Assembly (NCBI GenBank): GCA_012295275.1
Contig: CM022669.1
Location: 14,012,001 to 14,076,000 of the forward strand
Direction of reading: 5' to 3'
From: Chrysomallon squamiferum
Taxonomy: Eukaryota > Animalia > Mollusca
DNA length: 64,000 bases
Shown here: one piece after another, positions 42,419-64,000 of the stretch
Numbering within the stretch: the first letter of the stretch is position 1
Layout: each line of letters starts with the position of its first letter
Notes under the pieces: model-generated
Told to the model about the DNA's origin: nothing
The model's database searches: none
The model's input: only the letters and a program-made list of their open reading frames with translations
Made by a program: the position numbers and the translations under genes

Positions 42419-43891
42419 TATTTGTTTTTGCTATTTAAAAAAGCTTTTTTTTTTTTGAAGCAAATATAAATGTTTTAAAACTAAATATTTTAAATAATTT
42501 GTTGAGTTACTTACCACAATGAAATTTGTATATTATATTTTGATATATGTACAGCGATTATTATTTTAATTTAGTTTTTGAAGATTTTAATATTTGAATG
42601 TTTTGTAGTACATTATGAAAATGAAAATTGCAATATGTATGCCATTTTCCGATTGTATGCAAAAATGTTTTTAACTCTTTTTTTTTATAAATTGTAAATA
42701 ATTTATCTTGTTCCTTTCTTAAAAAAAGAAACAGAGAAAAAAGATAATAAAAGTTTTAAAAATATATATAACCATCTGGCTTTTATTTACAAACAAAAAA
42801 ACAGTTTATAATTCACAATATATATGTGCGTGATGCGTGCGTACGTCAATTTTGTTCTCGTTTCTATGTACAAGTGCAATAAAACGCTATGTGTGCTTCG
42901 AATATTTATTTCGTGTGACTGAAATTACAGACAAACAAAGTAAGTACGTAATTAAGTAAAGCAGGTACAAAACAAAACAAAACATTCTGTAGCAGCAGAA
43001 ATTAACAGACCTACAGTGTAATTGTGTACATTAAATCTGGTAAACATAATACAACGGCATGGACTGGCTTGTTTACATTTGATTTATTTCGCGTAGAATT
43101 TAGAGGTCTCTGTTTGTTATTTAATATAGAGTTACCAATAACTTTGTCGATGAATTCACGAACCTGCGGATAAAAAAAAAAAAACTGCTTTGACAATAAT
43201 TTATCTAAATAAAGACTAACTATTAATGTGAGACGAAACAAAAGCTAAAAGCAAAGCACAGTACTGAGATAGGTTTTGTAAATATATGTGTTAAATGTGT
43301 AAATCCGTAATATGACGTGTTTCACTTCGAGAACAATACCAACTAATAAGGTTTGCTTAATTATACGGTTTGTATTATGTGTAAAAACTTTACCTGTTTC
43401 ATTATGACTGTCCCAATGTGCATAACACAATGGTACATATGCATGCGCCCACACATTAGATCGCGCACATGCACTCATATGAACTCACACATACGCACAC
43501 ATTCACTTACGCACAATAATGCCCACCCACGCAGCCATACCTGCATAGACAAACAGCTGGTTTTATACGTAACAGCCACAAGTTTTAAAAAGCACGTGTA
43601 TAATATGGAGCATCGACCTGGAACTGGATAATGCGCTCAACGTGTAAATATCTAGAACTGTGCAAGATGCACCACTCAAAATCTACACAGACTGAGCTCA
43701 GCGGGTCTCTGGTGAGAAAGCCGTACAAAGGAAGTGCGTGTTTTCAGTCATGCGTGACAAGGACTTTATAAATCAACTTAAAAAAGTTACGATTTTATTA
43801 AAGTTTGCTTTGAGAATAGTTTTCAACTACGCTGAATCTGGACTCAAGAAATAAAAATTAAATTACCCCCCAAAAAACCGATTCTGAAGAG

Positions 43892-43925
<34 letters not shown>

Positions 43926-44237
43926 TTTAATCTTCTTGTATCTCAATACTCCAACTGACCACAAAGCAGACCTCGCCGCTAAAGTTCTGCAAAAAAAATG
44001 TTGAACCAGATTCTCCAACCGGTTTTGTGCTGTTTTCTTTCACACAGCCTACTGTGATCTAGATTTTGTGTAATCTGCCGACTACAAAATGCTTGCGGAA
44101 TAAAATAACGTTAAAGCGGTCTTAAAGTGTTTATACTCACCACAGGATCACGCTAACAATAAAGTACCAGCAGTATATATGTGGGTGTGTATGTGTGTAT
44201 GTAGGTATGTATGTATGTATATATCTACGTATTATAA

Positions 44238-44276
<39 letters not shown>

Positions 44277-44677
44277 AGCATGTATGTATGTATGCATATA
44301 TCTATGTATTATAAACTCGGCATATTCAATATATCAGTGCCAAAGCTCTCAGTTGTATCAGGACTTACTTTACATATACAATTCTTCTGTAGTCAGGTAT
44401 CATGTTTCATTTGCGATTTATGTACACAAGACGCTGATTAAAACGTTTTCAAATTTCGAACACACAATAAAATTTTATATAATCTAAATCAACAAAGCTT
44501 AATAATAAAAAAACAACAACAAACAAACAAAAAAACCTACAAATTACTACATTAAAATAATTTTAAAACTGTTTTTTTTTGTATTATTATTTATATTATT
44601 ATTATTTGTAGTAGTACTAGCAGTAGTGGTGGTAGTAGTAGTAGTAGTAGTAGTATAAGTAGTAGTAGTAGTAGTAT

Positions 44678-44724
<47 letters not shown>

Positions 44725-45472
44725 ATAGTAGTAGTAGTAGTAGTAGTAATAGCAATACTAGTATTGGTTTTTCATGCTAATGTTATTTTACCTATTAAAA
44801 TTAAAAACGATTCTGGCATTGGCTACAACAGCAAGTTAAAACCATAAAATAGTATAAATATAAAATTAAGAATAAGAATATCAACAACCACAACATAACG
44901 TATACTTATCACAGCAACTATGCCTCTGTTTTGAATGATTTAATGATCAAGTTAATATTAAAAGATGTTACCTGTATGATTTACGAAATAGAAAAGGAGA
45001 GAAGAAAACAAATAAACAAGCAAACAAACTTATAAATAAGTAAATAAATAAATAAACAACTAAAGAATACACAAATAAAAATCTAAGTAAGTATGCAAGT
45101 AAGTAAGTAAATAAATAAACAAATGAATAAAGAAAGAAAGAAAGAAAGAAAGAACAAGAAAAAAGTATTTCGTTTTAATAAGAAAGCCAGCAATGATTCT
45201 AAGTGTACGCGTTGCTCGCATTTATCAAACTATCATAACGTTACATATATAGTTACAAACGGAATTTTTACCTTTTTTACCTTGTTATATTTATACGTGT
45301 TTTATTCTTTACTGGGATGACAGATAAGGTGCGACTTCGTTGAACAACGGTACTGTTTCTGTCTGTTCAAGGAAAATAATACAAATTAAATATCATAAAA
45401 AATAATAATAATAATAAATTATAAAATTTATAGAATTTATATACCTTCAAAATACTTGGATAAAAGTTCATA

Positions 45473-59145
<13,673 letters not shown>

Positions 59146-59450
59146 AAAATGAAACCTAAATTTAGAAACTATTTCCATTACGTCGTTATTATGTCAGGCA
59201 GTCTTGTTTTCCTGTGAATTAATCAGTTCTACTCACGCTATAACAAAAACACACACTAGAACGAACGCGCGCAGTTATCCGCGCATGCAAGCGCATTCTC
59301 TCACATATAATTTTATTTCATTATTTTCATATCTGTCCCTGAGAAATATTATTAAACGTTTATTTGCTTTACGCAGTGTAGATAATTTGTAATATTGGAA
59401 AAATTTGTCTCTATAAAAGATCATAAACTGAAATATATAAATATATCCAA

Positions 59451-59492
<42 letters not shown>

Positions 59493-59560
59493 CACACACC
59501 CATATTTGTACCCACATCCCCACCTACCAATTCACCCACTCCCCCACCTACCAATTCATA

Positions 59561-59595
<35 letters not shown>

Positions 59596-60987
59596 ACACA
59601 CACACACACACACACAACAACAACAACTAACTAGACACAACTATTTTCAGCATAATGTATTTGTAGCAGTTGATTTTGTTATCGCTATACACTAGATTTA
59701 GAGAAATAAAAGTGGAGTTATCTCGGTGAAGGAAGTTTCTTTTTAAATGCAGTAATTTAAGATACTGTGAAATAATAACAACAAAACAAACATGATATCT
59801 TCCAGTTCAAATCTACTCTTTCTTAACAAATGTTCTACTCCATATTTTGCATCATTTGAAATGAAGTGTTGAGAAGAATTAAGCGTACACTGTTAAATAG
59901 ATTTTTTTTTAACAGATATTAAAAACTATGTTTTTTTTACTGAGCAGGAAATCAATCTCAAATGAGCAAGTAAAACTAATTTGTCCAGGTGATTCTTTCA
60001 AAAAGAAATTAAAGCTTAAAAAACCCGAAGAGAAAAAAAAACATTTCTCGTTACCATAAATTAAACTGGCTAATATTGTGCGGCAACATTGTCAACCGAG
60101 AATTTAAGGGAAAAAAAACAAAGAAAAGAAAAAAAGAAAAGAAAAAAAAAAAAGAAAAAAAACATGTATAATCAAAAAAAAATACTTATGTAATATTAGT
60201 TACTTTATCAGTTTATCTAAACAGAGAAAAAACTGCTTCTGTTTTATCAAGTAGTGAAAAAAAGTTAGGCCAAACTAGAAGAATCATTATTATCAAATCA
60301 GCAAGGGATTAGGCTTGGTGACAGAAAATTTCGTGGAAAAAAAGAACGTTATTACCTAATATGTCAATGATTTTATAAGGTCTGGTTTTCCGTCGAAAAC
60401 GCGCTTTCAGTTACGCTAAGATACATGAGGCCAACGTTGGCGAGAACTTGCGTAGAAGATACAAGTCCTTTGTGAGAAAGTTTGTGTCAAGTGAAAAATG
60501 TCAGGGCCTTTCGAGCCCCAAATGTAATGGGGGCACACAACATTATTGCATTGTCTGTTATCGACCATAATTCAAGTTTAACGTAACAGTTAAAAATTAA
60601 GAGGCATTTTACATCGAAACAAATAATTATTAATTTTGTGAAAAAAAAAAACAGATTGCGTTTTTAATTTCAGAAAACATAATATATGCGTTATTTGATA
60701 GAGCTGAGTATTGTAAGCAAGTATTAAAAATAGGAAAAAAAAAAAAAAAAAGAAAAGAAACAACAACTGAATGCTACAGCCGTGTAAAACGACTGTGACT
60801 CAATACTAACAATGAAATTAGATATACACTTTGAAAGCAGGTGACCCCCACTTCCATCACTGCTTCACAACTGCGTGTTGTGTCGCGTCTGTGTCCTTGT
60901 ACTTTAAACGTGTATATAGACACGCATATACCTATCTTTCAGTTTAGATTATTTAAACTTATCTCGAGTTTGGCTTCATTCTGACCC

Positions 60988-61378
60988 ATGATGTCTGCGC
61001 AAAAAGGTAAGTTTTGTAAAAAAAATTAAGGAGTATCAAAAAAAAAAAAAAAAAAATCGATAGTTATTTTCTAATTTCACTTATATTAAATCTAAATTTC
61101 TCCTTGGTTTACAAGTTTAATTCAAAAACGTATTCAGTTGTTCCAATCTTGTTTTTTATTATGTTTTGTCTTAGTAAAGAAATGGTATTCGTTAGACAAA
61201 ACTTCATAATACACTTAATACCTTTTCGTATAATGCTTTTTTTTTTTTTTTTTTTGTAGTTATCTTCCCTAAACACCTTTTAATATAAACTGTCATTAGG
61301 TGTCAAACACATATTAAAATCATATCAGAAGTTATTGTGCTGGTTGTAATTAATTTTACAGCCATTAATTAATTAATT

Positions 61379-61447
<69 letters not shown>

Positions 61448-62842
61448 TTTGTTTGTTGTTTGTTCTTATATTTGGTTGGTTACTCCCACTTTTTATTTGT
61501 TTATTTATTTATTTGTCTGAAGAATCAAAGAGTTCTCAAGAAATTCCACAACAATACCCGAGTTCTCAAGAACATCCACAACAATACCAGAGTTCTCAAG
61601 AAGATTCAGAACATCAGGCTTTGACTGGTTGTTCAGTGCGTCTGCTTGGTGTCAAAAATATCTCGGTTCAGCTTGGTGGTTTGCAAGGCATCTCAGTACA
61701 GCATAATGGAGATCCAAGTTCAGCAGAAGACCTTACAGAGACAATAAAGCTGCGTAAACAATATGCCATTGAAATAAACAAGTTAAAGAAACAAAATGAG
61801 GAACTACAATATCGAATGGAAGATATTCTGAAGGAATATATGAAGGAAAAGAGACACAAAGGTAAAAACTAAAATAAAATTATATTCTATTTATTTACTT
61901 ATATATATATATATATAATTATTGTTTTAATTAAGTATTATTATTTATTTTTGCCTCCTAACTATGAAACCCGTATGAATCCTTTTTTGTTACTATACAG
62001 ATTTCTAAAAATATTTGATTTATTTATTGTTTCATTTTATATAGTTTGGATTTTCATAATACCTGTGCACCTATATAAACATACATACATATATATATAC
62101 ACATACAAACATACATACATACATACATACATACATACATACATACATACATACATACATACATACATACAACATTTTCATGGAAATTTTTGACGTTGCT
62201 ATCATGTGGCCAATAATTAAACAAAATTATGTTTATTTTAATTATTCGTAAAAAAAATAAAACTCAACAGCTTTACTCCTTTGTCAAATGTCGAGCTACA
62301 TACACACATATGCGCATGAACGCACACACACATGCATATACAAATACAGACACATATACATAGGCATATATTTACATACATACATGTATACAAACAGACG
62401 TACGTACATACATACATACATACATATATATATATATATAAGTTTTGTGTTATCTTAGACGATGCTATTCTTATGATGACCGAAGAAAAAGAAAAGAGAA
62501 AAGAAACTGAACAAGCTCTTCAGAGAGAAAGAGGTATGATGACATGTATTGCTGTTTGCTTACTCAGTTTAATCAGTTAAATATGAACGACTATGTCAGT
62601 GTGCGACTAGAGTGTGTGTATTGGTGCATGATGTATAAACAAGAGTATAGTGTATGTAGTTTATACACGAGACTATAGTGTGTGTTTGTGTGGTTGTTAC
62701 ATGATATATCTGTTTGTGGGACGAGTGAGCACTGAGTCAGTGCATGTGTGTATGTATATATAACTACTTTATGGTGAGCATAAATTAAAACTACAAGCAG
62801 AGCCAGGAGTAACAAGTAAAATATAAAAACAAAGGAACAAAA

Positions 62843-62873
<31 letters not shown>

Positions 62874-63734
62874 AATACATTAGAGTACAATCAAATAAAA
62901 TAAAATAGAATAACATGAAATAAAATAAATGAACAAACAAGAAAAAAAGAGTAACTGACAGATCTGCTGATTTAATGTTCCATATATAATTACGTGTTTT
63001 CTTCAGACTATTATATTTTTTATTGTTCTCAATTTACTACACAACAGCGAACCGTTAAAGAATATGAACATGTTTCTCAATCCAAATAAATTTTATAAAA
63101 TAACTTTCATAAACTGAAATATGAATTATTAAGAAAAGACTGTATTCAATTAGCTAAACATGTATAATATTTACATACCAATACATTGCAAGCAGTGTAC
63201 CAAGCAGGATATTGAATATCTAGCTAAATAAGACATAAGAGTTAATTACTTTCTTTTCTTTTCAATTTACAGAGTCGACGTAATGTCTGTCTGTTTTGAT
63301 ATTCGTAACTAACTGTTAGTATAAAGACAAAGAAGAAACGCTTATTGTAATAATATTTTTATGGTGCAGTCAAGGCATATGTCTTAGGGGAGTGTGAATA
63401 CTAACAGATTTCATAAAGGAAAATATGCATTGTACCAACGTAGAAAATAGTGATGCTTTTATTTTTGTATTTATCATTTATTCAAATGATTAATAATATT
63501 CGGAATCAACACGATGCCATAATTTTTAAACTCAGTCATTAGTTTCTTGTTTAATGTTTTTAGAAAATCTAATTCAAGCAGAAAAACAGCTGGAGGATGC
63601 AAAAACGAGATTTGAAGAAGAAAACAATGATTTAAAGAATCAGATGAAATTGACACAGGAACAAATGGCCGAGAATGAAGATCAGTTTATGAGAGAGAGA
63701 GATGAACTTGCAGACAAACTGACAGAAAAGAATG
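60988..63734 (+). CDS. Uncharacterised coiled-coil protein, 5' part; the gene continues beyond the window
   Basis: Exons 60988-61006 (MMSAQK, AAG|GTAAGT), 61523-61861, 62459-62533, 63564-63734; all phase-1 GT-AG junctions and open throughout. E/K/Q-rich heptads (IKLRKQYAIEINKLKKQNEELQYRMEDIL; LIQAEKQLEDAKTRFEEENNDLKNQM). Confidence 0.75.
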
Positions 63735-63935
63735 GTAACTGACATGGATCTACTGACTTAATGTTCAGTGTGTGATTAAGTACATTTATATTATTATATA
63801 GTATTGTATTATATAGTATAGTAACGGTTAATGAATATGAACATGTTTCTTACTGCACATAAAACTTTTAAAAATAACTTTCATAAGCCGAAATATGAAT
63901 TATTAAGAAAAGACTATATTCAGTTAGCTCAAACT
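63050..63935 (+). repeat. ~110-bp direct repeat in consecutive introns (63050-63155 and 63823-63930)
   Basis: Both copies contain GAATATGAACATGTTTCT...AAAATAACTTTCATAA..GAAATATGAATTATTAAGAAAAGACT.TATTCA.TTAGCT. Confidence 0.85.
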
Positions 63936-64000
63936 GATATTTAACATTCAAGAGTAATCTCATTTCACTGAACATGTACAATACCTAAATACCAATACAA

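Noticed and set aside
63273-63279. Possible micro-exon after TTTACAG in the coiled-coil gene
   Set aside because: It is 7 nt long, would break the frame and has a weak donor.

Overview
AT-rich, microsatellite-dense animal genomic DNA. It is probably from an invertebrate lophotrochozoan such as a mollusc, inferred from repeat content and gene types only. Almost all ORFs in the supplied track are simple-repeat artefacts; the real genes are spliced and were rebuilt by hand from splice sites and phase continuity. Four + strand genes: (1) a 5'-truncated prohormone convertase 1/3-like subtilisin/kexin protease (743-14107, 14 exons in the window, one GC-AG intron); (2,3) two complete tandem SLC6 Na+/Cl- amino-acid transporter paralogues of the GlyT2/ATB0,+ group (27038-41219 and 45473-59145, 16 coding exons each); (4) the 5' part of an unrecognised coiled-coil protein gene (60988->63734). 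Also present are two pogo/Tigger-type non-autonomous DNA transposons, a Tc1/mariner right-end fragment, a probable decayed SINE, an 860-bp tandem duplication and a ~315-bp inverted repeat pair. The most interesting signals concern the SLC6 pair. Exons 4-7 are ~98% identical between the copies, and the surviving differences are almost all amino-acid changing. Both copies carry an N-terminal heptad coiled-coil exon. In copy A that exon is a frame-neutral cassette bracketed by the inverted repeats. Copy A also has a duplicated decoy splice acceptor fused to an exon-5 fragment that would create a premature stop.
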